A stretch of 64,000 nucleotides of DNA from Azolla caroliniana (lineage: Eukaryota > Plantae > Polypodiophyta). The stretch spans positions 6,014,001-6,078,000 of the forward strand of contig JBHGNT010000007.1 in the NCBI GenBank assembly GCA_043228905.1, given 5' to 3'. Shown here piece by piece: positions 15,781 through 26,479 of the stretch (positions are counted from its first letter, which is position 1; the number at the start of each line of letters is the position of its first letter). Both the position numbers and the translations under genes were made by a program. The notes below the pieces were generated by a model, which made no database searches, was not told the origin of the DNA, and saw only the letters and a list, made by a program, of their open reading frames with translations.

Positions 15781-16456
15781 TGTCGCGTTGTTACGCGCGT
15801 GCGTGGAGAAGGGCGGAACCACGAGGGTCTTGGACTAAGGAGAAGGGGAGAAGGAATAGGACTTCGGAATGGAGCTTAGCACGAGAAGAGAAAGAATGAA
15901 CAAGAGGAAGATGGAGGCCAAATGCTCAACAAGATATATTAGAACCGAAAACCGATTACAAAATGGCGGCCGCGTAGACCGCACCAAACGACTATGATAA
16001 ACCCGAAACCCTAATCCGACGAAGAAGAAAAGAAACCCTAAACCTAACGCTCGTCCTATGTGGTATACCTTTCGCACTCAAAAATAGGCAACCCCCACAA
16101 TGGTGCTCTTCCTCTCCTTTTATAGCACAAGGAGAGAAGACCGTTTACAAAAGGGTGTTACAAAATATCCCCTTTCAATCAATGGGGATATTTCCCTTGA
16201 TTTTAGGGGAGGTGGGAAGGGTGGGTCTTAACTCCCACCTCTACACGAACTACTATGTACCTATCTCTCTCTCTCACGTGGATGTGCGCGGAAAAGCACA
16301 TCACCTTTACACTTTACAAATCCTAAGGTGCATTTCTAGCACCATACTTATCACTATCGATAAATAGAAATACAACATGTTGATGTGCAACGTTGCACAT
16401 CGCGGGTTTGCTTGCTTCGCTCGGGTTTCCGCCTACGGATGAAAATCTTCACGACA
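15781..16456 (-). repeat. 5' LTR of element C
   Basis: Direct repeat of 11493-12168, adjacent to the PBS. Confidence 0.97.
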
Positions 16457-16823
16457 ACGTGACAAAGGTGCTTTAGCGGTTCAACATGTTAGAAGCAAAA
16501 CCGGTTGGATCAACACTCCCGGCAAACTACAGACTATCCGGTAAGCAAAGCCTGAAGAAGAAAGCAAAGAAGACGGATATGGTGAAGGTTCCATATGCCT
16601 CTGCCGTCAGGAGCTTGATGTACGCAATGGTGTGTACTCGGCCGGACATTGGATACGTAGTCGGAGTGGTGAGCCGGTTTATGAGCAATCCCGGCAAGGA
16701 CCACTAGAACGCGGTCAAATGGATACTTCGGTACTTGTTATTAACCATTCGGTTGTAGCAAGGAGTGCAGGCGACTTTGTGATATAGTAGATAATGTAAT
16801 AGTAAAAGAAGAGATTCTAAGCA

Positions 16824-16874
<51 letters not shown>

Positions 16875-16967
16875 CAAGAAGTTTTCATTAAAATGAAAGG
16901 AAGGACCTGTTTTCTGTGATTGATCCGACGTCTCGGTTGTGGCCGGAGAGCATATTTCTATCAGTTC

Positions 16968-19900
16968 AGTGGCCGGAAGGCCCAAGTATGTGAAGACTGC
17001 CAACTCGGGAAGCAACACCGGCTTCCATTCCCTGCCAAACAAAACCGTAGCCGTAACAAGCTTGACCTTATTCATTCGGATGTATGGGGACCGGCACAGA
17101 ACGTGAGTCTTGGCGGGAGTCGATACTTCATCTCCTTCATCGACGATTATAGTTGGCACACATGGATCTACCTCATTGAGCGGAAGAGCGAAGTCTTCGA
17201 TTGTTTCTGGAACCTCCAGAGCATGGTGGAATGGGAATCGGAGAGGAACATCAAGTGCCTGCGGTTAGATGGCGGAAAAGAATATTTTTCCGGCCAATTC
17301 AACAGTTATCTACATCAAACAGGAATTCAGAGAGAGTTCAGCTGCAGATACACACTGGAGCAAAATGGTGTGGCCGAAAGGAAGAACTGATCGCTTGTCG
17401 ATGTGGCAAGGGCAATGCTGGAAGAGAAGAGCATGCCCCATTTCTACTGGGCGGAGGTGGTCCGGACGACCGTCTACATCCAAAACCGGATCGGTGACAA
17501 GGTGTCCGCGCATGAGTTGTATTTCGGGCGCAAGCCGAATTTGAGACACCTTCGGATTTTCGGCAGCATAGCATATGTGCATGTGCCGGATGAGAAGTGG
17601 AGGAAGCTGTATGCAAAATCGGAGAAGTGCATCCTCGTCGGCTACTCACATGAGCAAAAGGGGTGTAAGTGTTATAACCCTCGGACAAAGCAGGTCCGAG
17701 TTAGCCGCGATGTTGAGTTTGATGAGACAACATCATGGTATGCCTTACCAGCTCCGACTTCTGACCCCGACCCGATACCAGAGATGAGGCTAGTGAGCCT
17801 GAACCGGTCCAGTTAGAAGATGATGAATCCGGGACTCAAGAAGAGAGTCTGAAATTGTTTCGGTTGAGTGGGCCGAACGAGAGATTGGGTGAATCCGACC
17901 AGTCGGATGAGGAATTGGCGAGTAATGAAGACTCTACCGTGCTCTCCCCGTGCAAGGAACCGAGGAGACGGTTCACCCGCAAAGAGAAGGGGAAGAAGAA
18001 GGTGCCAGATTATGAAACCGGTAATGATGAGTCGGATCGGAGCGGATCCGACTCCGGAAAGGAAAATGACGGTTCTTCGGCACCAAAGACCGAACCGGCC
18101 AAGAAGGGCCTCAAACCGGGTAACGATGGGTTACGTCAGTCAACCCGCCAGAAGGAACCTGTTAAGCGGTACGGGTACAATGAGTACATGGCGCATCACT
18201 ACGCATACATGACCAAGGTGGCGGAAGTGCGTGAGCCGGAGAGCTACGTAGAAGCGACAAAGGACGCACATTGGCGTGCCGCTTTGGAAGAAGAGATGCG
18301 GGCACTTGATGCCAACGCGACATGGGACCTGGTTGACCCTCCCCGTCACTGTAAACCGATCGGATGCAAGTGGGTGTACAAGGTAAAGTACAACGCCGAC
18401 GGTTCAGTTAACTGGTACAAGGCCCGATTAGTGGCGAAGGGATACACGCAGACCCACGGAATCGACTACGACGAGACCTTCGCTCCGGTAGCGAAGATGA
18501 CAATGGTTCTTGTGGTGCTGGTAGTTGCAGCGGCAAGGGGGTGGCATCTTCACCAGATGGATGTGAAGAATGCATTTCTTCAAGGTGATCTTGAAGAAGA
18601 GGTCTTTATGACACAACCCCCCGGTTTCCAGACAGAGATGAACAAGTCGGTTGTATGCCAGTTGAAGAAGTCACTTTATGGCTTGAAGCAAGCCCCTCGA
18701 TCTTGGAATGCGAAGATCACGCACCGATTGCGTAAGATGGGGTTTGCAGCCTCCAAGTCTGACTCTTCATTGTTCATCTGGCAAGGTCTGGACGGTTCAA
18801 TTTGCATCTTGTTGTATGTTGATGATCTAGTCATTACCGGACCCGAACTCGAGGAAATTAGCCGAGTCAAGTCCCAGTTGTCAGATGCATTTGAGATGAA
18901 GGAACTGGGAGACCTTAATTATTTCCTTGGGATTGAGGTGATCCGAACCCCCGACGGCATATTGCTCTCACAACAACACTATGTGTTGAATATGTTGTAC
19001 AAGTTCGGCATGACGGAATGCCGACCTATCTCTACTCCCCTGGACTGGAACCAGAAGCTCCGTCTCGACTCCGGACCGGCCTGCGATGAGAAACGGTTCC
19101 GACAAATTGTCGGAAGCCTTATATATTTGACCATCACCTGACCTGACATCAGCTATCTAGTTGGTGTGATTAGCCAATTCAATGCAGAAGCCGACCGTAG
19201 AGCATCTTCAATGCGCGCACCGAATACTGCGGTATGTGAGCGGCACGAAGGACCGGGGACTGTTATACCGGCGAGGTATAACCGAAGAGCTGGTCGGTTA
19301 CACGGATGTCGACTAGGCCGACGATGCATCAGATCGCCGATCAACCTTTGGCTATATGTTTTCCCTAGGTAGCGTGGCTGTTGCGTGGAGCAGCAAAAAG
19401 TAGCCAACAGTTGCTCTGTCGAGCACTGAGGCTGAGTATCGGGGCGCTACCATCGCCACCTGTGAAGCCATTTGGCTTTAGCGACTGGTGCAAGACCTGT
19501 GGATTGGGGTGCCGACTCCGATCCTGATCTACTGCGACAACATAAGCAGCATGCAGCTCAGCAAGAACCTTGTATTCCATGCTCGCACAAAGCACATAGA
19601 AGTGCACTATCACTTCGTGCGTGAGCGTGTCCTGAGCGGTGAGGTCAAACTTCAGTATGTTCACATGGATCGGCAAGTTGCCGACATCTTCACCAAACCA
19701 CTCGGATTGGACAAGTTGTAGCACTTCACCGAAATGCTTGGTGTTCAACATCTCGACGTGCCACACTTGAGGGGGAGAACGGGCAAAGACACCGGAACGG
19801 GCAAAGGCAAAGAGACTGCTCATTGCGCCGGTGAGGGAAGAACCGATAAAGGGAGAGACAAGAAGAAGAAAGGAGATGAGTCGACAATGGAAGTCGACAC

Positions 19901-20015
19901 ATCCGAACAAGTCGGAACAAGCGACAACGTCGATAGAGTCAAGAAGGATAGAGCCGACCAAAAGAAGAAGGCCAAGACCCGGACATGGTCCGATGTGGTG
20001 AAGGGCCTCGAATAG
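16968..20015 (+). pseudogene. copia A integrase-RT-RNase H, second part of polyprotein
   Basis: HSDVWGP, FIDDYS, EQNGVAERKN, KARLVAKGY, QMDVKNAFL, YVDDL and RTKHIEVHYHFVRE. Stops and frameshifts present. Confidence 0.92.
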
Positions 20016-20402
20016 GAAGACGAATCGGGAGCGACCAATTTGGACAAGAGCTGGAACAAATCGGAGACAGTCGATTTGGTTCAACAGACAGATTTGGAAG
20101 AATCGGATCAATTCAAGGCCAAGAGGACGAGAAGGCAGCGAAAGTCGACGCCAACACGAAGGAATCGGCGAACCGACACGCGCCGAACTCACAACAATGA
20201 GGGAGCTGAATTGGGCCCGTTGAGCAGACAAGCCGATCGAGGAGGTCAAGGTGGGTAGAACAAGAGGGGTCGCGGCAAACAAAACCGGACCGAACGAGGA
20301 GCGCAAGCAAGGCGGAGTGACGCCAGAAGGAGCCGGGCAGAAGGACCGGTTGCCACAGACATTGACACTACGACCGGACCTCAAGTTGAGCTTGAGGGGG
20401 AG

Positions 20403-20798
20403 TGTTGAGCGGCAAGCTCAATTGGAGCCAGATCGGCTGAATAAGCCTGAGCCGGTGAGCGAGACGGATCAGTGAGCTGGTGAACAAAAGATCCAGTTAG
20501 CCGGACCCATCAGTAACCGGAAGCCTAGTAGCAGCTAGACTACTAGGGAGTTAATACTCTCGTAGTTAGTTCAGACGCTCGAGTGAGCATTGAAGTACAA
20601 CGTACTTCTGTCAGTTCGTATGGACTTGTATAAAAGTGTTTGCTGAACACATACTATGTACATAGTGTTGATATAATTTTTAAATAGTGATTCTTGTTCT
20701 GCTATCTCTCTGTCTCTCCCGCGTACTGTTAAGCTCTCCATTAAATTTGTTCTCTGTTTTCTATTTTCTATTGCTTCCGCACACTATTTGTTTTTACA
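20403..20798 (+). repeat. 3' LTR of copia A
   Basis: Starts TGTTGAG after the PPT TTGAGGGGGAG and ends TTTTTACA. Confidence 0.93.
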
Positions 20799-21465
20799 AT
20801 GGTTCACCAAGAAGCAAAAGGGGGAGGGCTAAATGTGAAAGTGTTTTTAGAATTCAAGGTATTGAAGTCTACAAGAATATAAGGTATGGAGCATTCACAT
20901 CCGGAGGTCAAGAACACGAACCAAGGTCTTGAGGATAAGTCAAACAAAAAGCAAGACACGTGGAGAAAAGTAAAAGAAGAAAAAAGAGGGCCACCAAAAC
21001 ACAGTTTGAAACGAACGCTTATAAATCTTTCGTTTGGAAGCCGAATATAGAGTTCAAATATGGGTTAGAAACCTCGTGAAGTCAGTTATCTGTATCTTTT
21101 TAAATCACTAAATTTGGAGCTCGGATGAGGGAGATATGACTATTAGAAGATTGTTGTGTCATAGCTAAGCATAGGAGATGGAAAAGCTCTAAAAAAAGTG
21201 TGGAAAAGAAAGCAAGGGAAACTTATCTAGTAGAGGAGAACTTCATATAAAGAAAGAAGAGTAAGGTGGTGTTGAGGGGTCTCTTTCTTGTGGTGATTTC
21301 TTTCCCATTCATGTAGTGTTGTTTGAATTCTTATGAATAGATATTTGTAGTTGTATCTTCTTTTTCTCTTCCTTCTTTCATGATCAATAGATCTTTGTAG
21401 TTTTAGATTTATATATCTTCTTTATCTTTTCTTTCTATCATCACTCTTTCAATATGTACTTTCTC
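20799..21465 (+). mobile_element. Older LTR-element remnant (PPT plus LTR-like sequence)
   Basis: AAAAGGGGGAGGG purine tract followed by TGTGAAAG and an LTR-like composition. No partner repeat in the window. Confidence 0.35.
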
Positions 21466-21467
21466 CG

Positions 21468-23001
21468 GTTGTTGTCAAGGAGTTCAACTTAGATGACATG
21501 GTCATTGAGTTACAAAAGTATTTAATATTGTTATGTTACTCATATATTTGTTTGTTCTTTTGCATTGATGACTGACTTCACATTTCATATTTTTTTCTTA
21601 GTCACAAAGTATACGTAAAGATTCAAGAATTGATGATGTCAAAATTGAGCCTGCCAACATGGGAAGAAGTTGAACAAGCATGCCCAATAACATCATCATA
21701 TAAGGCATTGGAAGAATACTTCATCGTGTTCAGATAATGGGTATGTGTCATTTCAATTTGAATAGATTGATTTTTATGTTGTTTCCTTACAAAATCAATA
21801 CTTGCAAAAACCACCTCGATCAAAGAAAGTTAGTGATAGTAATGATGACATTCCAAGATCGTTCATCATGTACTTAGAATGTGCTAAGTATGAAAAGAGA
21901 ATGACAAAGGGAAAGGAGTTGGAATTGTCGGAAGACTCGAAGGCAACGAAATGTTTTTTGCATAGAGTTGATCCTTTCAAACAATTACATTATAGTGCAT
22001 TTAATGGAGAAGTGGTGAATATGCTCGAGCTATTACCGAAAAGTCACTACACATTGCTTGTTGTTGACATACCATATGGATTTCGGATCACAGAATCCAT
22101 GTACATCATTGAGTTGACCTTGGCCCCGTTATGGAGAATTGTCATATTTCACAGCATGGGTCAATCGTTATTAGTCACAATTGCTCTGAAGTCATGGTGT
22201 CATGCCATAGAACACATGCATTGGTGTGTTACACATTTTTTCACAATACGTTATTAAAAATCTTGTTCTTATATGTTGCAAATTACATGTAGCCCCGACG
22301 ACTGTATGGTTAGTGCAGTTGAACATCTTTGTGTGGGTTACTACGATTCAATAACAAAGAAAAAGGCTCGAGCACATGTTAATGAACGCAATGTGATCAA
22401 TTATATCATGTGCCTAGTTGTGATGATTAAATTATGACATGTTTCCGGTGATACGAGTCTTGTGAACCCTTATCAAAAACCTCAAAGATTAATCAATTGC
22501 CTCACCGAGCTCTTCTCGAACCCAGATGATTGGGTTCTAGATTTGTTCTCTGGCAAAAGTATATAATATAAATTTACTCAAATTCATTTAGATTAAGTTA
22601 TAGACTATAATTCTTATTTTGACTTGTTCACTTCCATTCCACTATCAGGTACTACTACAACTTGTGCATTAAAGATGTTTCGAAACTGTGTTGCATTGGA
22701 GAAGGACCCTGAACAAGTAAACTTCATCAAAAAGAGGATCCAAGGTATTTGGGACTGTCCCGATCAAGATCAAGAAGTTGGAGCCAAGCACATCAATGAA
22801 ACAGAGAGGTTCCAGATAACTTCAAGCGAACCAATGGAACCAATAGATGAAGAAGTAGGGGACATTGTGGACCTAGAAGAGGTATCAGAGTCTGAACATA
22901 TGCACGATTCAAGGGAGCATGTAGGTGATGCTAATGAGGACAATCTAGAACAATCAACTCTTCCGGAAGAGCCCGCCATACCGAACTTACTTATAAATTG
23001 A
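21468..23001 (+). pseudogene. Spliced beta-class DNA amino-methyltransferase (N6-A/N4-C, N6_N4_Mtase-like), 5'-truncated and decayed
   Basis: Inferred exons 21468-21517, 21602-21740, 21793-22223, 22293-22558 and 22649-23001. Motifs: GEVVNMLELLPKSHYTLLVVDIPYG (DPPY-type motif IV), SAVEHLCVGY, and NPYQKPQRLINCLTELFSNPDDWVLDLFSGK|STTTTCALKMFRNCVALEKD (motifs X, I, II). In-frame stops at 21735 and 22435. Confidence 0.8.
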
Positions 23002-24241
23002 TCTATTTGGCGAACTATATAATTTGAGGAATATTAAATGTTAATTTTTGACTTGTGACTTCTTTGTATATTTGAACAATATTAATCCTCAAAGTTTTAG
23101 TTTGTTTCACCATTGCATTTCCTCATTTCTTGAACAAAATATTTAAGTATAAATTGTATATATATACAAATTGTCTATAGGCTCTTTCTTAGTTTGGGGT
23201 ATTCACATGATATTATACTTGGTAATTAGTTGTAGTATGATTGGATAGTTAAATTTGTTCTATGATATTACACATGGAAGGTGTCATTTGACATTGGTTG
23301 CAAGGTTGTTGATTTCAAATTGTATCATTTTACTTGGTAGATAACTACCACTTTCATAAATTACTTTGTGATGTATTATATGTAAATGTACGATAGAATT
23401 ATCATTGTACCATTTCCAAAAGTGGGGTACTATTTTTATATTTGGCACAATTATGGTTAATAAAATTCAACTTACATGGAATTCTGCTCTGTAATTTAGA
23501 ATTGGATACCAAAACAAGCGATATGGAATTCACATCTTGTCATGAAATGATTTAGTTCTAAATTCCGCTATATTTTAAGAAACCATGTATGCATGTGTCG
23601 TACCTTTTTGAAAGTCTGCTAAAATAAGGCATTTTTTAACATCTCACCAAGATGAGAAAAAGAGAATGCAACGTATTGCCTGTTTCAAATGTCCCAGTGT
23701 TTTGTAGTTTATTGACCTTGGCCTCTTTGTGATAGTTAGGTCAATCCAACCTCGAGAACTTAGAGATTCGTGGCGTTGCCATTTGCGATTGGTGTTGGAC
23801 ATGCCAACACCAAGCTGGGATTATATTATTGCCAACGATAGGGCTATGGTGTCCAAGGAGAAATGGCTTCGAGACCATGACATGATGCCACTTTAATTGA
23901 ACGTTGTAAGTTGACTCTTCATCATTGCTCGTATAAACCCCTCTAAAATCAAAACCATCACTACATTCTTCTTCTTTTGGGTTAGTTGATAATGTGGTGC
24001 CCCCCCTCCCCCCTTTTCCTATAAAAGGAGGACGAGAGGGCTCATTTTAGCTCTCAACTTTTTTGGGAGGAGGAGACTTTGGCCTTCATCATCTTCTTCT
24101 TCATCTCCACCGTTCGTGAGTTAGTTCTCATCGATTCATGTATTCGTCTTCGGTTCATGTGCTTATGTTCGATTGTCATCTTCGGTGTACAAGGGTTCGT
24201 TGCTCGGTGTTTGGATTTAGTCTCGTCTTGAAGAGCATTCA

Positions 24242-26022
24242 TGTTGAATACACGTGTATAATGGCCGTATTCACATTGTCCCAGTTGAACCTGGTGACCT
24301 AGAGGAGGAAATCTATATGGAACAACCGAAAGGCTTTGCTAAACCCGGCCACAAAAGTCTAGTCTACTGACTCAAGAAGAGTCTCTCTACGGCCTGAAGC
24401 AAGCTCCCCGATAGTCATATAGAAGTTTGACGATTTTATACAATCGGTCGGCTTCTCCAAGAGCGAAGAGGATCACTCCCTCTTCTCAAAAAAAACTCAA
24501 GATGGGTCTCCCATCTTCCTCATCCTCTACATGGACGACATGCTACTCTTTGGCCAGCATGCCGGAGAGCTCGTTGATCTCGTTTGGTAATTGCAGTTGA
24601 AGTTTTCCATGAAGGACCGCGGTTTGGCAAGAAACATACTCAGAATGAAGATTAGTTGGGTCTGGATTCGGTGACAATTAGTTTTGTCTCGAGCGAACTA
24701 CATCAAACGTGTCTTGGAACACTTGAACATGCAATCGACCAATATATGCTTCGACCCTGCTCCCCATTAAGCTTCGACTGTCTCAATGAGACAATCCGAC
24801 ATCCAGTCCAAAGGGGGAAGATATGAAGTCGGTACCATACGCACCAATAGCCGGCTCCTTAATATTGCTCACACCGTAGGAGTCATTAGTAGATTCATGC
24901 ACAACCCTGGCCGATCGCATTAGAATGCAATCAAGCATGTGTTCAGATATGTGGTGGGCACACAAGACCTTGGCATCCTCTTTAGTCCGAACAAGAACCC
25001 AGGCGTAGTTGGCTACACTTACTCAGATTTTCTGGCTGTGTGGACAGCCAAAAGTCAACGACCGGATATTTCTTCAAATTCAACAATGGAGCAATTTCAT
25101 GGAAGTCAAAACATCAAGAATGCACCACCACTTCAACCACCGAAGTCGAATACGTAGCCGCCACCGATGCAAGGAAAGAGGCTCTATGGCTCGGTCTGCT
25201 TGCATGTATGTTTCGACAAGCCGATTCCAATTCGGTCCCAATTGTCTACAGTTAGGGTGTTGTCACCTTGTCGAAGAACCCGGTCCACCACAACACCTTG
25301 AAGCACATTGATGTCCGATACCACTTCGTTCGGGATTGTGTAACCTTAGGTAAGCTTGGCCTCAAGAAGATCTCCACAACCAACAACATATCAGATGGGA
25401 TGTCCAAGAGTCTCACAACTGACCAATTTCGGTCACTTCTGCACTAGATGGGCTTAAGGAGAAAGCTGTCTGATCGAGTTGAACAATAGAGATAGTTTCG
25501 AACAATCGGCCTTGACAGCCGATTCAACTTCTGCTCACGAACCAACTGATTCAACATCTGCTTCTTTCGGCCATTACCAATTCGACTATAAGCCGATCTA
25601 TCCTAGCATCTCTTTGTATATCATGTATCTCTTGTTTTATATTACAAGTCTCTCCTTAGTGTATACACCCATTATGGGGGAGTGTCGAATATGGGTGTAT
25701 AATGGCCATATTCACATTGCCCCACTTGGACATACTAGGTTTAGGACAAATATGTAAATATGTCGAAGGGTAGTTGCCCTAACCCAGTTAGTATATAGTT
25801 GGCTTTGTAACCTAGTTCAAGGGGTTGTTGTTATCATTCTTGTATTGTAACATTTGAAATACGACAATTACATTGTGTGCCTCTCTGTCTCTGTCTCTCA
25901 TACATTTTGTCTCATGATCTTGATCTTTGTTAAGTTGTCTTGCTAATCTCTGCCCTCAACTTGGTGATCTTCATCACATAGTGTTGTTGATATTTTTGCA
26001 TCGACGACCTCAATCTCCAACA
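24242..26022 (+). mobile_element. Internally deleted Ty1/copia element D
   Basis: TSD ATTCA (24237-24241 and 26023-26027). The first ~50 nt of the 5' LTR are fused directly to RT (GDLEEEIYMEQPKGF). RNase H remnants, PPT ATGGGGGAG and a 3' LTR at 25683-26022. Confidence 0.88.
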
Positions 26023-26089
26023 ATTCACTATTTGTGCCTTGTCTCCTTACTCTTATTGAGCTCCTGGCTAATGGGGTGTTCACACACTT

Positions 26090-26380
26090 GGATGCTCCTA
26101 GGGTGTGTTCCCACACTAGGGAAGTTGAGATTGATTCTCAACATGCCCCTTCAAACACAACTTCCGGTCGCCGGATAGTTGGCTTGGTCAGTCCGGTTTC
26201 GCGCCATCTTTATGCTCACTCTGTGTCGGGCAACAACCCCTCACTCCCCCTCAAGCTCGGTTGGTTGGCGGTCGAGAGTTCGAGGTTCATTTTGAATTGC
26301 CGCAGCTTGTCGGAACCTAGGGCCTTCGTGAACATGTCAGTTGTCTATAAGTTCGTGTTGATGTGTTGTAGGTTCGTGTT
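26090..26380 (-). mobile_element. 3' end fragment of a copia related to element E
   Basis: RNase H tail DMFTKALGSDKLRQF..SLRGS. LTR start TGTTGAGAATCAATCTCAACTTCCC resembles the LTR end at 31723 and 37284. Confidence 0.7.
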
Positions 26381-26479
26381 TCAAATGTATTTTTATGACA
26401 GGGGCTACTAGGCCTACTTAGATTACGAGAAGGCATGGCAAAAATTCAAATGGGTTGTTATGGGTACTTACTTGGTTAA

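Larger units (their letters stand above)
11493..16456 (-). mobile_element. Element C: young non-autonomous (pol-less) LTR retrotransposon, gypsy-like Gag, tRNA-Trp primed
   Basis: Two 676-bp LTRs (11493-12168 and 15781-16456) with about 6 differences by eye. Termini TGTCG..CGACA. 4-bp TSD ACGT (11489-11492 and 16457-16460). PBS at 15759-15776. Purine-rich AGGTGGGGGCGGA next to the 3' LTR. Confidence 0.95.
8288..16735 (+). pseudogene. copia B gag-pol, split by element C at 11493-16456
   Basis: ORF pieces 8444-8809, 8815-9189, 9208-10080, 10093-11424 and 16486-16707. The RT reads QEKYV|TKVL across the insertion. Multiple premature stops; RNase H is missing. Confidence 0.9.
7632..16963 (+). mobile_element. 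Ty1/copia LTR retrotransposon B inserted in copia A
   Basis: 5-bp TSD GTTCA (7627-7631 and 16964-16968). 5' LTR 7632-8255 (TGTTAG..TATCA). PBS tRNA-iMet 8259-8270. gag-pol from 8288 (CFYCGKPRHFQKNC, HTDVC..FIDDHSRK, RT LYVDNML). Only the last ~58 nt of the 3' LTR survive (16906-16963). Confidence 0.95.
5690..20798 (+). mobile_element. Ty1/copia LTR retrotransposon A (outer element of a three-level nest), decayed
   Basis: 5' LTR ~5690-6039 (lacks its first ~47 nt) and 3' LTR 20403-20798 (TG..CA). PBS TGGTATCAGAGC (tRNA-iMet) at 6040-6051. gag EKLDRTNYASW and CWYCGKKGHKESEC; protease WYVDSGASNHM; integrase at 16969-17800; RT 17855-19141 (YVDDL); RNase H ADIFTKPL; PPT 20392-20402. Multiple stops. 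Confidence 0.95.

Noticed and set aside
12089-15899. Many overlapping plus-strand ORFs of up to 349 aa
   Set aside because: They are antisense shadows of the GC-rich 1197-aa ORF, with no recognisable motifs.
21735-22437. Idea that the MTase stops (TAA, TGA) are repaired by U-to-C editing from the nearby DYW:KP gene
   Set aside because: PPR editing is organellar. The same C-to-T and G-to-A decay affects all neighbouring TEs, and a splice acceptor is also mutated. Proximity is most likely coincidental.
21468-23001. Bacterial contamination as the source of the MTase
   Set aside because: The gene has phase-consistent spliceosomal introns and is embedded among plant retroelements.
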